52,086 nt of DNA from a virus (lineage: Duplodnaviria > Heunggongvirae > Uroviricota > Caudoviricetes). The DNA is taken from IMG/VR virus record IMGVR_UViG_2698536618_000020, one strand, 5' to 3'. Positions 25,948 to 37,103 of this stretch are shown here, one piece after another. The number at the start of each line of letters is the position of its first letter. The stretch's first letter is position 1. Under the pieces are notes generated by a model that saw nothing but the letters and a program-made list of their open reading frames with translations, ran no database searches and was not told the DNA's origin. The translations under genes were made by a program, and so were the position numbers.

Positions 25948-28091
25948 TGAAAAATGAAACTAATACCATGGCGACGAAAAACGACAACGGAGCCACGCCG
26001 CGTTTTTCTCAGCGCCAGTTACAGGCGCTTTGTTCTGATATTGACAGTCAGCCTAAATGGCGCGATGCCGCAAACAAGGCCTGTGCGTATTACGATGGTG
26101 ACCAGTTGCCACCAGAAGTTCTTCAGGTACTGAAAGATCGCGGTCAGCCGATGACCATCCATAACCTCATCGCGCCTACCGTTGATGGTGTTCTGGGTAT
26201 GGAGGCCAAAACGCGGACTGATCTGGTGGTGATGTCAGACGAGCCAGATGATGAAACTGAAAAACTGGCTGAAGCTATTAATGCTGAATTTGCCGATGCA
26301 TGCCGCCTTGGCAATATGAATAAAGCCCGCTCTGATGCCTATGCGGAACAAATCAAGGCGGGGCTCAGCTGGGTGGAGGTCAGACGGAACAGCGATCCGT
26401 TCGGGCCTGAGTTTAAGGTGTCTACTGTCAGCCGGAATGAAGTGTTCTGGGACTGGCTCAGCCGGGAAGCTGATTTAAGTGACTGCCGCTGGCTGATGCG
26501 CCGCCGCTGGATGGATACCGATGAGGCAAAAGCCACATTCCCGGGAATGGCTCAGGTTATCGATTATGCCATTGATGACTGGCGTGGTTTTGTCGATACC
26601 ACGGTTACTGAAGGCCAGCCCAGTCCGTTGATGAGTGCATGGGAAGAGTATCAGTCATGGGATCGTAAGGAGAACGAATGGCTTCAGCGTGAACGCCGTC
26701 GTGTGCTGCTTCAGGTGGTTTATTACCGTACATTCGAGCGTCTTCCGGTGATTGAACTCAGTAATGGACGGGTGGTGGCCTTTGATAAAAATAATCTGAT
26801 GCATGCGGTGGCTGTGGCATCCGGGCGGGTGCAGGTGAGAGTCGGGCGGGTAAGTCGTATTCGTGAAGCCTGGTTTGTGGGACCGCACTTTATTGTGGAT
26901 CGCCCCTGCAGTGCGCCGCAGGGGATGTTCCCGCTGGTTCCCTTCTGGGGATACCGGAAGGATAAAACCGGGGAGCCTTACGGGCTGATTTCCCGGGCCA
27001 TTCCGGCACAGGATGAGGTGAATTTTCGTCGTATAAAACTGACGTGGTTGCTTCAGGCCAAACGCGTGATTATGGACGAGGATGCCACCCAGTTGTCAGA
27101 CAACGAGCTGATGGAGCAGATCGAGCGTCCGGATGGCATTATTAAACTGAATCCGGCCCGAAAAAATCAGAAAAGCGTTGCTGATGTTTTCCGGGTTGAA
27201 CAGGATTTTCAGGTTGCCAGCCAGCAGTTTCAGGTCATGCAGGAGTCGGAAAAACTTATCCAGGACACGATGGGGGTTTATTCCGCATTTCTCGGGCAGG
27301 ATTCAAATGCATCGTCCGGCGTGGCGATCAGCAACCTGGTGGAGCAGGGAGCCACAACCCTTGCCGAAATCAACGATAACTACCAGTTTGCCTGCCAGCA
27401 GGTGGGAAGGCTGTTGCTCGCTTATCTTCTCGATGGCCTGAAAAAGCGGCGTAATCATGCGGTGGTGATTAATCGTGATGATCGCCAGCGTCGCCAGACC
27501 ATTGTTCTCAATGCTGAAGGTGATAATGGTGAACTGACCAATGATATTTCAAGGTTAAATACACATATTGCGCTGGCTCCTGTTCAGCAGACACCGGCGT
27601 TTAAGGCACAGCTTGCACAGCGAATGTCAGAGGTTATTCAGGGGCTGCCACCTCAGGTGCAGGCCGTCGTGCTCGACCTGTGGGTTAACCTTCTGGATGT
27701 GCCGCAGAAACAGGAATTTGTCGAACGTATTCGTGCGGCGCTGGGGACACCAAAATCACCGGATGAGATGACCCCGGAAGAGCAGCAGGCCGCTCAGCAG
27801 CAACAGGCCCAGGAGCAGCAACAACAGGAACTGCAGATGCGCGAAATGGCAGGCCGGGTGGCTAAACTGGAAGCAGAAGCTGCCAGGGCACAGGCAGCTG
27901 CGCAACGGGATAATGCTGGCGCACAACGGGATGTCGCCGCGGCACAGGGACAGCGTTATGTGGATGCGCTCAACCAGGCGCATACGGCAGAAATCATTAC
28001 CGGCATACAGAATATGGAACAGGAGCAGGAAGCTCTTCAGCAACAGATGCTACATACACTACAACAGCGGATGCATGAATTGCCGCTATGA
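25947..28091 (+). CDS. portal protein
   Basis: 714 aa, follows large terminase; C-terminal Q/A-rich coiled coil. Confidence 0.8.
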   Translation: MKNETNTMATKNDNGATPRFSQRQLQALCSDIDSQPKWRDAANKACAYYDGDQLPPEVLQVLKDRGQPMTIHNLIAPTVDGVLGMEAKTRTDLVVMSDEPDDETEKLAEAINAEFADACRLGNMNKARSDAYAEQIKAGLSWVEVRRNSDPFGPEFKVSTVSRNEVFWDWLSREADLSDCRWLMRRRWMDTDEAKATFPGMAQVIDYAIDDWRGFVDTTVTEGQPSPLMSAWEEYQSWDRKENEWLQRERRRVLLQVVYYRTFERLPVIELSNGRVVAFDKNNLMHAVAVASGRVQVRVGRVSRIREAWFVGPHFIVDRPCSAPQGMFPLVPFWGYRKDKTGEPYGLISRAIPAQDEVNFRRIKLTWLLQAKRVIMDEDATQLSDNELMEQIERPDGIIKLNPARKNQKSVADVFRVEQDFQVASQQFQVMQESEKLIQDTMGVYSAFLGQDSNASSGVAISNLVEQGATTLAEINDNYQFACQQVGRLLLAYLLDGLKKRRNHAVVINRDDRQRRQTIVLNAEGDNGELTNDISRLNTHIALAPVQQTPAFKAQLAQRMSEVIQGLPPQVQAVVLDLWVNLLDVPQKQEFVERIRAALGTPKSPDEMTPEEQQAAQQQQAQEQQQQELQMREMAGRVAKLEAEAARAQAAAQRDNAGAQRDVAAAQGQRYVDALNQAHTAEIITGIQNMEQEQEALQQQMLHTLQQRMHELPL

Positions 28092-28110
28092 ATATCCTGA
28101 ACTTAACGGA

Positions 28111-28137
28111 ACCCCGTCATCGTACGGGGTTTTTTGT
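28111..28137 (+). terminator. intrinsic terminator after portal
   Basis: ACCCCGT-catcgt-ACGGGGT + TTTTTTG. Confidence 0.7.
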
Positions 28138-28248
28138 CTCCGGAGATAAGCGTTCCGGGAGCGGTGCGCTTATTCGCGGGGGCAGCGATAAGCCTTATTT
28201 ACTCAACCATTCGGATCTGTCCGATAAACAGACCATGCGGAGTTATTT

Positions 28249-29256
28249 ATGGATTTTGAATTTACGGGTGAAGAAACCCCGGAACAACTGGAAAAAATGC
28301 TGGAAGGGCTTGGAGATGTGGATATTGACGGTCACGAACAGGACGGCGTGACAGAGGCCGCCACAGAAAATCATGCGGATGAGGCAGCACAGACACAGAC
28401 GGGCGATAACACTGCGGCACCGACGCCGGATGCCAGTGCTGAGCAGACGCAGGACGTGAAGGAGCCGGAGGCGAAGGGTGTGCTCACCCGCGATGGTAAA
28501 CACGTCATTCCCTATGAAGTCCTTGAGGCTGAACGTTCCGGTAAGCAGCGGGCCGAACAGGAAGCCGCACTTCTTCGGGGACAGATAGCCGAAGAAAAAC
28601 GCCTGGTTGAACTGCTGACGTCTCAGATCCACCAGGCCGGTATGAAACCCGCACCGTTACCGGAAAACGAAAAAATCTCTGATGAGAAGATTGCCCGTAT
28701 CAGGGAGATGTATCCGGAAATTGGCGACGCGGTGGCTTCGCTTATCCGTAAAAATAACTATCTCCAGTCCCGTGTTCAGCAATCAGCACAGCAGGCAGAA
28801 GGTCATGGTGGTGAGGATTTATCACCGGTTCTTGATGCAATGAATGACGTGCCGGTGCTGAAAACGTGGCAGAACTCCGATCCGGATCGCTTCTCGGTTG
28901 CCGTATCCATCGACGGGAAGCTCCAGAATGACCCCGCATGGAAAGACAAACCGCTCACTGAACGTTTCGCCGAAGTGGCCCGCCGTACGCAGCTCGCTTT
29001 CGGTGAAGCCAGTGAGCCGCCTTCTGATGACAAGGCAGACAACACGGATATCCGGAAAACGGCGGAAGAAAAAGTGAAAGCCGCTGAACGGGAGATGGCA
29101 GTGCCTGCTTCCCCGTCAGAGCTTGGCAACACGGCTTCCGTCGGAACCGGTGATAATTTTGAACGGTTACTTGGTGCTTCTCATTCAGAGGCAGAGGCGA
29201 TTATGCGCGGTATGACGAATGCTGAAATAGACGCGCTTCTGGAGAAGCTCGGGTAA
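28249..29256 (+). CDS. scaffolding protein (putative)
   Basis: 335 aa, acidic and helical, between portal and capsid gene. Confidence 0.6.
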   Translation: MDFEFTGEETPEQLEKMLEGLGDVDIDGHEQDGVTEAATENHADEAAQTQTGDNTAAPTPDASAEQTQDVKEPEAKGVLTRDGKHVIPYEVLEAERSGKQRAEQEAALLRGQIAEEKRLVELLTSQIHQAGMKPAPLPENEKISDEKIARIREMYPEIGDAVASLIRKNNYLQSRVQQSAQQAEGHGGEDLSPVLDAMNDVPVLKTWQNSDPDRFSVAVSIDGKLQNDPAWKDKPLTERFAEVARRTQLAFGEASEPPSDDKADNTDIRKTAEEKVKAAEREMAVPASPSELGNTASVGTGDNFERLLGASHSEAEAIMRGMTNAEIDALLEKLG

Positions 29257-29279
29257 CTTACTGAAGGAGAACTGAAGTA

Positions 29280-30494
29280 ATGACGACTGTAACATCAGCC
29301 CAGGCGAATAAGCTGTATCAGGTGGCGCTTTTTACCGCTGCCAACCGCAACCGCTCGATGGTCAATATCCTCACTGAACAGCAGGAAGCGCCAAAAGCGG
29401 TTTCGCCGGACAAGCAAAGCACGAAGCAGACCAGCGCGGGTGCGCCGGTTGTACGGATCACTGACCTCAACAAACAGGCCGGTGATGAAGTGACGTTCAG
29501 CATCATGCACAAACTCTCTAAACGTCCGACGATGGGGGATGAGCGCGTTGAAGGCCGTGGTGAAGACCTCAGCCATGCTGATTTTTCCCTGAAAATTAAT
29601 CAGGGCCGTCACCTGGTGGATGCGGGCGGACGTATGAGCCAGCAGCGTACGAAGTTCAACCTGGCATCCTCTGCCAGAACGCTGCTGGGTACGTACTTTA
29701 ACGACCTGCAGGACCAGTGTGCGATAGTGCATCTTGCCGGTGCCCGCGGTGATTTTGTTGCTGACGACACCATTCTGCCAACGGCAGATCACCCTGAATT
29801 CAAAAAAATCATGATCAACGACGTACTGCCGCCGACGTATGACCGTCATTTTTTTGGTGGTGATGCGACGAGTTTTGACGGTATTGATCAGTCAGACCTG
29901 TTCACCCTTGGGCTGGTCGATAATCTCTCGCTGTTTATTGACGAGATGGCCCATCCGTTACAGCCGGTGCGTCTGTCCGGAGATGAACTGCATGGCGAAG
30001 ATCCGTATTACGTCCTGTACGTTACGCCGCGTCAGTGGAATGACTGGTACACCTCAACTTCCGGCAAGGACTGGAACCAGATGATGACGCGTGCCGTGAA
30101 CCGTTCAAAAGGGTTTAATCATCCGTTGTTCAAAGGCGAATGTGCGATGTGGCGCAATATCCTGGTCCGCAAGTATGCGGGGATGCCGATCCGTTTCTAT
30201 CAGGGGTCAAAGGTTCTGGTATCGAAAAACGACCTGACGGCAACCACAGAAGAGAAGCAGGCCGCAACCAACATTGACCGCGCCATGCTGCTGGGTGCTC
30301 AGGCACTGGCGAATGCGTACGGTCAGAAGGGCGGCGGTCACTTCAACATGGTTGAGAAGAAAACGGATATGGATAACCGTACTGAGATAGCAATCAGCTG
30401 GATCAACGGTCTGAAAAAAATCCGTTTCCCGGAGAAGAGCGGCAGGATGCAGGATCACGGTGTGATTGCTGTTGATACCGCAGTGAAGCTCTGA
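29280..30494 (+). CDS. major capsid protein (putative, by position)
   Basis: 404 aa following scaffold-like gene, strong AAGGAGA SD; followed by terminator. Confidence 0.6.
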   Translation: MTTVTSAQANKLYQVALFTAANRNRSMVNILTEQQEAPKAVSPDKQSTKQTSAGAPVVRITDLNKQAGDEVTFSIMHKLSKRPTMGDERVEGRGEDLSHADFSLKINQGRHLVDAGGRMSQQRTKFNLASSARTLLGTYFNDLQDQCAIVHLAGARGDFVADDTILPTADHPEFKKIMINDVLPPTYDRHFFGGDATSFDGIDQSDLFTLGLVDNLSLFIDEMAHPLQPVRLSGDELHGEDPYYVLYVTPRQWNDWYTSTSGKDWNQMMTRAVNRSKGFNHPLFKGECAMWRNILVRKYAGMPIRFYQGSKVLVSKNDLTATTEEKQAATNIDRAMLLGAQALANAYGQKGGGHFNMVEKKTDMDNRTEIAISWINGLKKIRFPEKSGRMQDHGVIAVDTAVKL

Positions 30495-30510
30495 TTTTTC
30501 CTTTCCTCAT

Positions 30511-30534
30511 GCCGGGTTATCGCCCGGCTTTTTC
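30511..30534 (+). terminator. intrinsic terminator
   Basis: GCCGGG-ttatc-GCCCGGC + TTTTTC. Confidence 0.7.
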
Positions 30535-30548
30535 AGGAGTCATTAATT

Positions 30549-30941
30549 ATGGCAAAGACCATCCTTGCCCCGTCACTGAGTGAACGGGTCTATACGGGTA
30601 CGCACGGTAATGAGTCGGTGGCAGAAGGTGTGTTTACTGTGAATGCTGCGGAAGCGGACAGTGTTATTCATCTTCTTTCGTTGCCGATCGGTGTTCGTAT
30701 TAATGCGTTACAGCTGGTTTCTACCAAGGGACTTGGCGGCACAGCAACTGTCAGCGTTAAATCTGGCGAACATGAACTCATTGGTGACAGTGGTGCAGTA
30801 ACTGCCAGCTTTACCAAGTATGTGCCAGTGGAGCCGTACACCACACAGCGTGACGGAGAGCTGGTTACGGTCACCATTAAGACAGCAGCTGCAACCGGCA
30901 CCCTGAATGTTCTGCTGCGTTATACCGTGGTGGGTTACTGA
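30549..30941 (+). CDS. hypothetical virion protein (possible head decoration protein)
   Basis: 130 aa, Thr/Val-rich beta-like sequence, between two terminators after capsid gene. Confidence 0.5.
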   Translation: MAKTILAPSLSERVYTGTHGNESVAEGVFTVNAAEADSVIHLLSLPIGVRINALQLVSTKGLGGTATVSVKSGEHELIGDSGAVTASFTKYVPVEPYTTQRDGELVTVTIKTAAATGTLNVLLRYTVVGY

Positions 30942-30954
30942 TATAAACCTTCCG

Positions 30955-30979
30955 GCCCGCGTCATGCGGGCTTTTTTAT
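30955..30979 (+). terminator. intrinsic terminator
   Basis: GCCCGC-gtcat-GCGGGC + TTTTTTAT. Confidence 0.7.
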
Positions 30980-30991
30980 CCGGGGAATTAT

Positions 30992-31453
30992 ATGAGCGAA
31001 AAAATTGCCGTTGTCTATATCGGCCCCAAACCCGTGAAAAAGGATACCCTTACCGGGAGTCGTACACTGTTCCCGCGCCTTGAACCGGTGCATGTTGACA
31101 GTGCGCTCGCCTGGCAGTTGCTGGCCTTTCCTGAAGTCTGGATTCGTCATGAAGAGCTTGATGGTGTGCTCAAAAAGCAACAACAGGATGGGCAGTTGCG
31201 GCAGGCACAGCAGGAACAGGAAAGAGCGCTTGCCGCGCGGGAAGAAGCGGAGAGCAGTTTTGTTGTTCCCGTCAATGGAGAGAATGTGGATTTAAGTAAG
31301 CTCACCTCAGCACGGCTGGCAACGTTGTGTGAGGCAGAAGAGCTGAATATTCACAAAGACCCGAAAGAAACGGCTGATGCATTCCGTATCCGTGTGCGTG
31401 AGGCATTTCGCCGTCGTGTTGCGGAGACTGAACAACATGGCGGAACTGACTGA
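30992..31453 (+). CDS. hypothetical virion protein
   Basis: 153-aa ORF. Confidence 0.55.
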   Translation: MSEKIAVVYIGPKPVKKDTLTGSRTLFPRLEPVHVDSALAWQLLAFPEVWIRHEELDGVLKKQQQDGQLRQAQQEQERALAAREEAESSFVVPVNGENVDLSKLTSARLATLCEAEELNIHKDPKETADAFRIRVREAFRRRVAETEQHGGTD

Positions 31454-32000
31454 TTTTTTGCCTTATGTCCGTCGTCATATCAGCGGTCCACTGAGCATTA
31501 TGATGACGGATGCGTTATCCATGTCGGCAGTGGCATTCTGCCGTCAGTCCCTGTTGTGCCGCCGTGAGGCTACGTTGTCACCGTCAGCCGGAGAGGACTG
31601 TGTGCTGCCATATGACGCGGAGAATGAAGAGTGCGTACATATTATTCGTCTCCTCGCTGACGGGCGTGAGCTTTTTGCCGGTCATGATGTGGAAATCCGC
31701 CCGGGGCGGGTAATGCATTTTGCCTGTTCGCCCGGAGAAGTGAGTGTGCTTTATGCCATTGCTCCGAAAGCAGGGAGCCGTCAGGTGCCGGATGAACTGC
31801 GGGCATGGCCTGAAGAGGTGGCAGCAGGGGCGCTTGAACGGTTGTTTATGCAGACCGGGGTTTCATGGTCAGACCCGTCGCGTGCACAGTATTTCTCTGT
31901 GCAGTTTTCTGAGGGTATCCGTCGAGCATATCGCGATACACTGGCGACAAGTCCGTACTCCTCATACCGCAATCCTGTACGCAGGCAGAGGTTTTTCTGA
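31437..32000 (+). CDS. hypothetical virion protein
   Basis: 187 aa from ATG overlapping previous gene end (frame continues from 31377). Confidence 0.5.
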   Translation: MAELTDFLPYVRRHISGPLSIMMTDALSMSAVAFCRQSLLCRREATLSPSAGEDCVLPYDAENEECVHIIRLLADGRELFAGHDVEIRPGRVMHFACSPGEVSVLYAIAPKAGSRQVPDELRAWPEEVAAGALERLFMQTGVSWSDPSRAQYFSVQFSEGIRRAYRDTLATSPYSSYRNPVRRQRFF

Positions 32001-32650
32001 TGACGACGATTACAGAAATCATCGGACGTGTGAATACACAACTGGTTGACCCGATGATGGTTCGCTGGCCCCTGCAGGAATTGTGCGATTATTACAATGA
32101 TGCTGTGAGGGCAGTGATTCTGGCGAGACCGGATGCTGGCGCAAGCCTGGAAACAATCAGTTGTGTTCCTGGCGCCCGTCAGGTTTTGCCCGATGGTGTA
32201 ATACAACTTCTTGACGTGATATGCCTCAGTGACGGTAGTGCAGTCAGACCATTATCCCGGGAGGTGCTGGATGCGCAGTATCCTGAGTGGCCCACAATGA
32301 AGGGTATTCCTGAATGTTTTATCAGCAACGACCTGTCCCCGCGCGTATTCTGGCTGTTTCCTGCTCCTGACAAAGAGATAAGTATTGATGCAGTGGTAAG
32401 CCGGATACCGGAGGCAGAGTATGTTCTGACGCAGGACGATGATACGCCAGTTCCACTGGAAGAGGCTTATGTTAACCCACTGGTGGAGTGGATGTTGTTT
32501 CGCGCTTTCAGTAAGGATGCTGCCGGTGGCGCAGAATCGGGGCTGGCTGCGCAGCATTATCAGAGTTTTGTTGAGCAACTTGGGATCAAACAGGGGGCAG
32601 ACAGTGCATTGTCTGCCCGTAAAAAAGTGTTTAACGGAGGTGGAGTGTGA
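32000..32650 (+). CDS. hypothetical virion protein
   Basis: 216-aa ORF, ATGA-coupled. Confidence 0.55.
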   Translation: MTTITEIIGRVNTQLVDPMMVRWPLQELCDYYNDAVRAVILARPDAGASLETISCVPGARQVLPDGVIQLLDVICLSDGSAVRPLSREVLDAQYPEWPTMKGIPECFISNDLSPRVFWLFPAPDKEISIDAVVSRIPEAEYVLTQDDDTPVPLEEAYVNPLVEWMLFRAFSKDAAGGAESGLAAQHYQSFVEQLGIKQGADSALSARKKVFNGGGV

Positions 32651-34584
32651 GTGTTGTTGTTTCGGGGACGCTGAAATCTCCTGATGGTGAGGCGATATCA
32701 GGAGCAAATATTACCCTGACGGCGCTGACAGTTTCACCGGATGCGCTCAGCGGCACCAGTGCGTCGGCAGTGACCCGTGAAGGTGGATATTACGGAATGA
32801 CGATGGATCCGGGGGAGTATGCGGTTTCGGTGACGGTGAAAGGGAAGACTGCTGTCTACGGACGTGTGCGTATTGAGGGGACCGAAAGTACGGTGACGCT
32901 CAATATGCTGTTACGCCGCAGTCTTGTTGAGGTTAGCATACCCGGAGAACTGCTGACAGATTTCCGGCAGATACAGAATAATGTGGCTGATGACCTTGCC
33001 ACTATTCGTCGCCTGAATGAAGACACGGCGACAAAAAACGCTCAGGCCACACAGTCAAAAGAAAGTGCAGCAGCCAGTGCGAAGAGCGCATCTGACAGTG
33101 CAAAGACGGCAACCAGCAGGGCGGCTGAAGCCGGACAAAAAGCGACTGATGCCACTGAGGCTGCGACCCGTGCAGTCACAGCAGCGGGGAATGCAGAGGA
33201 AAGCTCGACCCGTGCCGGAGAGTCTGAAAAAGCCGCCGGAGCTGATGCAGAAAAAGCCAGACAGCATGCTGAAAAGGCCAGGCTGACGCAGGAGAGCGCC
33301 GGAGAGATCCTTAAGCGGGCAGAGGCTGCCACTGTCAGTGCTGAAGAGGCCAGACGTATGGCTGAGAATGCACGGGGGCCCCGGGGGCCTCAGGGAGAAA
33401 CTGGTCCGAAGGGGGATGTCGGTCCTAAAGGCGAAACAGGTCCAGTGGGCCCTCAAGGGCCCGCAGGGCCGAAAGGTGAGCGTGGTGACGTTGGTGCTCA
33501 GGGGGCTGTAGGGCCCGCTGGTCCGCGTGGTGAGAAGGGCGAACAGGGGGAGCGAGGACCGCAGGGAATACCAGGCCTGAAGGGGGATACCGGAGAGCGG
33601 GGGCCTAAAGGGGACCAGGGGGATATGGGGCCAAAAGGCGAGAAAGGTGATCCGGGAGGTCCTGCAGGCCCGCAAGGTCCTAAAGGCGAACGAGGAGAAG
33701 CCGGACCACAGGGACCGATGGGAGCACGAGGTGAGCGTGGGGAGACTGGCCCCCGAGGTGAACCTGGTCCTGCAGGTCCGAGAGGCGAACGAGGAGAGAC
33801 CGGACCTCAGGGACCTCGTGGAGAGCCAGGCCCGGCAGGCAGCGCTGCAAATGTGGCTGATGCAACGACGGCACAGAAGGGAATTGTGCAGTTAAGCAGC
33901 GCAACGGACAGTGATGATGAAACGAAGGCTGCCACCCCGAAAGCGGTGAAAGCGGCAATGGATGTGGCAAATGAAGCGAAAACAAAGGCAGAAGAGGCTG
34001 CAGCAGGAGGTGGTGTTCCCGGTCCGAAAGGAGATAAAGGGGACACGGGGCCAGCAGGTCCGGCTGGGCCGAAGGGTGATAAGGGAGAGCGCGGTGACAC
34101 CGGCCCTGTCGGGGCAACCGGCGAACGGGGACCGGCAGGTGATGCTGGTCCGGCAGGCCCGCAGGGGCCGAAAGGTGACATGGGAGAGCGGGGAGAGACC
34201 GGTCTGACGGGAAATGCAGGTCCACAGGGTCCAAAGGGAGATACCGGTGCGGCAGGCCCGGCAGGCCCACAGGGACCGAAAGGAGAAACAGGTGCGGCTG
34301 GCCCGGTAGGGGCAACCGGACCTCAGGGGCCGAAGGGCGACCCGGGGGAGACGCAAATACGGTTCCGTATGGGGCCGGGAAACATTATTGAGACAAACAG
34401 CAATGGCTGGTTCCCGGATACAGATGGCGCACTCATCACCGGACTGACCTTTCTTGACCCCAAAGATGCCACACGGGTTCAGGGTTTTTTTCAGCATTTG
34501 CAGGTCAGGTTTGGTGACGGGCCGTGGCAGGATGTCAAGGGGCTGGATGAAGTGGGCAGTGATACAGGCAGAACAGGAGAATGA
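32647..34584 (+). CDS. collagen-like triple-helix repeat tail fibre protein
   Basis: 645 aa; two long blocks of Gly-X-Y repeats ([38 protein letters not shown]...). Confidence 0.85.
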   Translation: MSVVVSGTLKSPDGEAISGANITLTALTVSPDALSGTSASAVTREGGYYGMTMDPGEYAVSVTVKGKTAVYGRVRIEGTESTVTLNMLLRRSLVEVSIPGELLTDFRQIQNNVADDLATIRRLNEDTATKNAQATQSKESAAASAKSASDSAKTATSRAAEAGQKATDATEAATRAVTAAGNAEESSTRAGESEKAAGADAEKARQHAEKARLTQESAGEILKRAEAATVSAEEARRMAENARGPRGPQGETGPKGDVGPKGETGPVGPQGPAGPKGERGDVGAQGAVGPAGPRGEKGEQGERGPQGIPGLKGDTGERGPKGDQGDMGPKGEKGDPGGPAGPQGPKGERGEAGPQGPMGARGERGETGPRGEPGPAGPRGERGETGPQGPRGEPGPAGSAANVADATTAQKGIVQLSSATDSDDETKAATPKAVKAAMDVANEAKTKAEEAAAGGGVPGPKGDKGDTGPAGPAGPKGDKGERGDTGPVGATGERGPAGDAGPAGPQGPKGDMGERGETGLTGNAGPQGPKGDTGAAGPAGPQGPKGETGAAGPVGATGPQGPKGDPGETQIRFRMGPGNIIETNSNGWFPDTDGALITGLTFLDPKDATRVQGFFQHLQVRFGDGPWQDVKGLDEVGSDTGRTGE

Positions 34585-34585
34585 C

Positions 34586-34855
34586 ATGAACATACTAAAA
34601 AAACTTATGCAGCGTCTGTGTGGTTGCGGAAAGCATGATGACCGTGAACACGGGGAGTTACTTACAGCACAGCTGCGACTGGGGCCGGCAGACATCCTGG
34701 AGTCAGATGAGAATGGCATTATCCCGGAGCAGGACAGGGTAATCACGCAGGTGGTGATACTGGATGCGGATAAAAAGCAGATACAGTGCGTGGTAAGACC
34801 GCTGCAAATCCTGCGTGCTGACGGGACGTGGGAAAATATTGGCGGGATGAAATAG
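34586..34855 (+). CDS. small hypothetical protein (possible fibre-associated)
   Basis: 89 aa from ATG 2 nt after fibre stop; CGCG motif. Confidence 0.45.
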   Translation: MNILKKLMQRLCGCGKHDDREHGELLTAQLRLGPADILESDENGIIPEQDRVITQVVILDADKKQIQCVVRPLQILRADGTWENIGGMK

Positions 34856-34873
34856 CCGACAGCTTCACAAAAA

Positions 34874-34899
34874 CCGGAGCCGGGCTCCGGTTTTTGTTG
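34874..34899 (+). terminator. intrinsic terminator
   Basis: CCGGAGCC-g-GGCTCCGG + TTTTTGTTG. Confidence 0.75.
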
Positions 34900-35477
34900 T
34901 CATGTATAGGGGGGGGTATTAGAGAGTGAAGTAATAAACATGTTAATACGATGGAGTGAAGGATGCCGTGTAATTCTGGTTCAAGAGTTTTTTATGCCGG
35001 AAAATCGCAGGATTATTCTGGATAGTAAAGAATCCTGGTTAATAATCTGTGATAGTCAGTTGGGCCATTTAATGCGCAGTATGTATCAGGGACGCCGTTT
35101 TATTCAGCTGAATCTGGAAAAAATTGAAAGGGGTACATGATGTCGCCTTGCCAGTGAAATGGGAATTCACACGAAGACAGTGAATAGCTTTCTGTATACG
35201 GGAATGGCGAAAAATGGACTGTATGGTGTGAGTGTGAAACATCTTGCGTGTGCGGAGTGATGCTTCTCGTTGCTACAGCGGCAATGATAATGCAGTGAAA
35301 AAAGGGGAGCAATATGCTCCCCCAAACCGAAAGAAAATTGCAATAATCAATGAAGTTATTTAGTCATCATCAGAATGTCATGCAAGGCATTTTGTTTCAG
35401 TGATGCCGATCGCGATTTTAGCGAATTCCATCATAAATCCCCTGATTTTTAAGCCTGAAGCAGTCAAAGGAATTTCT

Positions 35478-37103
35478 ATGCCCTATATCGATATCACCAC
35501 GATGCGTGGGATGATGCCGCGCGTTGTGACATCCATGCTGCCCGAGCATTCCGCTGTACTGGCGGAGGACTGCCATTTCCGGTTTGGTGTTATTACACCA
35601 GAACGTCAGATATCCGGGTTAGAGAAAACATTCACAATTAAGCCAAAAACAATTTTTCATTACCGTGACGATTTCTGGTTTGCATGGCCGGATGTGGTGG
35701 ATGTGATCCGCAGTCCGATCGCTCAGGACCCCCACGGGCGTATTTACTACACTGACGGGCGTTTTCCTAAAGTGACGGATGCGACTATTGCCACAAAAGG
35801 GGACGGGAATCACCCGACATCATCGTATCGTCTGGGGATCCCCGCGCCGACGACAGCTCCTGTCTGTACTGTTCAGCAGGGCGGTGATGTTTCTGACGAT
35901 AACCCGAATGATGATGAAACCCGGTTTTATACGGAAACCTTTGTCTCAGATTATGGTGAAGAAGGTCCGCCAGGTCCGGCGTCTCTGGAGGTAACACTCC
36001 GTACTCCGGGAACTGCGGTACAACTGACGCTGGCTCCGGTGCCATTGCAGAATGCCAGTATTAAACGTCGCCGGATTTATCGCTCTGCATCAGGTGGAGG
36101 GGAGGCGGATTTTTTACTTGTGGCTGAACTGGATGCATCCGTGCTCAATTACACGGACAAAATACCGGCGAAAAACCTTGGGCCTTCCCTGGCGACATGG
36201 GATTACCTGCCGCCGCCAGAGAATATGACAGGCCTTTGCCTGATGGCTAACGGTATTGCCGCCGGGTTTGCCGGTAATGAAGTGATGTTTTCGGAAGCGT
36301 ATCTGCCGTATGCATGGCCGGAAGTGAATCGTCACACGACGGCAGAAGATATTGTAGCTATCTGTCCGCTGGGAACGTCACTGGTGGTGGCGACAAAGGG
36401 GGAGCCTTATTTGTTCAGTGGGGTATCACCGTCCACAATTTCTGGTTCCAAAATCCCTTCAATGCAGGCGTGTCTGAGCAGGCGGAGTATGGTTGCGATG
36501 GAGGGCTTTGTGCTGTATGCAGGAACAAATGGCCTGGTGTCTGTTGATGCAAACGGTAATGTCGCGCTGGCGACGGAACAGATTGTTTCACCGGAACAGT
36601 GGCAGAGTCAGTTTAATCCGGCCTCCATTGTGGCTTATTCCTGGCGTGGTGAGTACATTGCCTGTTACACGAAACCGGATGGTAAGCAGGATGTGTTTGT
36701 ATTCAGTCCGGTGAACATGGATATCCGTTATCTCAGTACACCGTTTGACTGCGCATGGGTTGATCTCGCGAAAGATATGATGCGCGTGGTGACAGGAGAC
36801 AAAATGTCAGTGCTTGCCGGGGGCTCTCTGCCCTCCACGATAAGGTGGCATTCAAAAATTTTTTCATTACCTGAAAGAACCTCTTTTTCCTGTATCAGGG
36901 TGAAATCTCCGGCGCCTGAGCGGGTGGGGATCACCATTATGGCTGATGATGTTCCTGTGATTCATTTTGCGCCGGGTACGTTTAAGGGAAGTGTGGTGAG
37001 ACTTCCGGCAGCAACCGGGCAAAACTGGCAGGTGATGGTATCCGGATTCGGGCAGGTGGAACGAATAACCCTGAGTACATCGATGTCGGAGATGCCGGTA
37101 TGA
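35478..37103 (+). CDS. hypothetical tail-associated structural protein
   Basis: 541 aa from ATG with AAAGGAA SD (GTG frame from 35400). Confidence 0.6.
   Translation: MPYIDITTMRGMMPRVVTSMLPEHSAVLAEDCHFRFGVITPERQISGLEKTFTIKPKTIFHYRDDFWFAWPDVVDVIRSPIAQDPHGRIYYTDGRFPKVTDATIATKGDGNHPTSSYRLGIPAPTTAPVCTVQQGGDVSDDNPNDDETRFYTETFVSDYGEEGPPGPASLEVTLRTPGTAVQLTLAPVPLQNASIKRRRIYRSASGGGEADFLLVAELDASVLNYTDKIPAKNLGPSLATWDYLPPPENMTGLCLMANGIAAGFAGNEVMFSEAYLPYAWPEVNRHTTAEDIVAICPLGTSLVVATKGEPYLFSGVSPSTISGSKIPSMQACLSRRSMVAMEGFVLYAGTNGLVSVDANGNVALATEQIVSPEQWQSQFNPASIVAYSWRGEYIACYTKPDGKQDVFVFSPVNMDIRYLSTPFDCAWVDLAKDMMRVVTGDKMSVLAGGSLPSTIRWHSKIFSLPERTSFSCIRVKSPAPERVGITIMADDVPVIHFAPGTFKGSVVRLPAATGQNWQVMVSGFGQVERITLSTSMSEMPV

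Noticed and set aside
28088-28351. 87-aa ORF after portal
   Set aside because: Contains the intrinsic terminator hairpin at 28111-28137 and overlaps the scaffold gene start.
33042-34746. Long minus-strand ORFs (up to 284 aa) and plus-frame ORFs inside the collagen-like gene
   Set aside because: GC-rich Gly-X-Y codon repeats produce stop-free alternative frames; artefactual.
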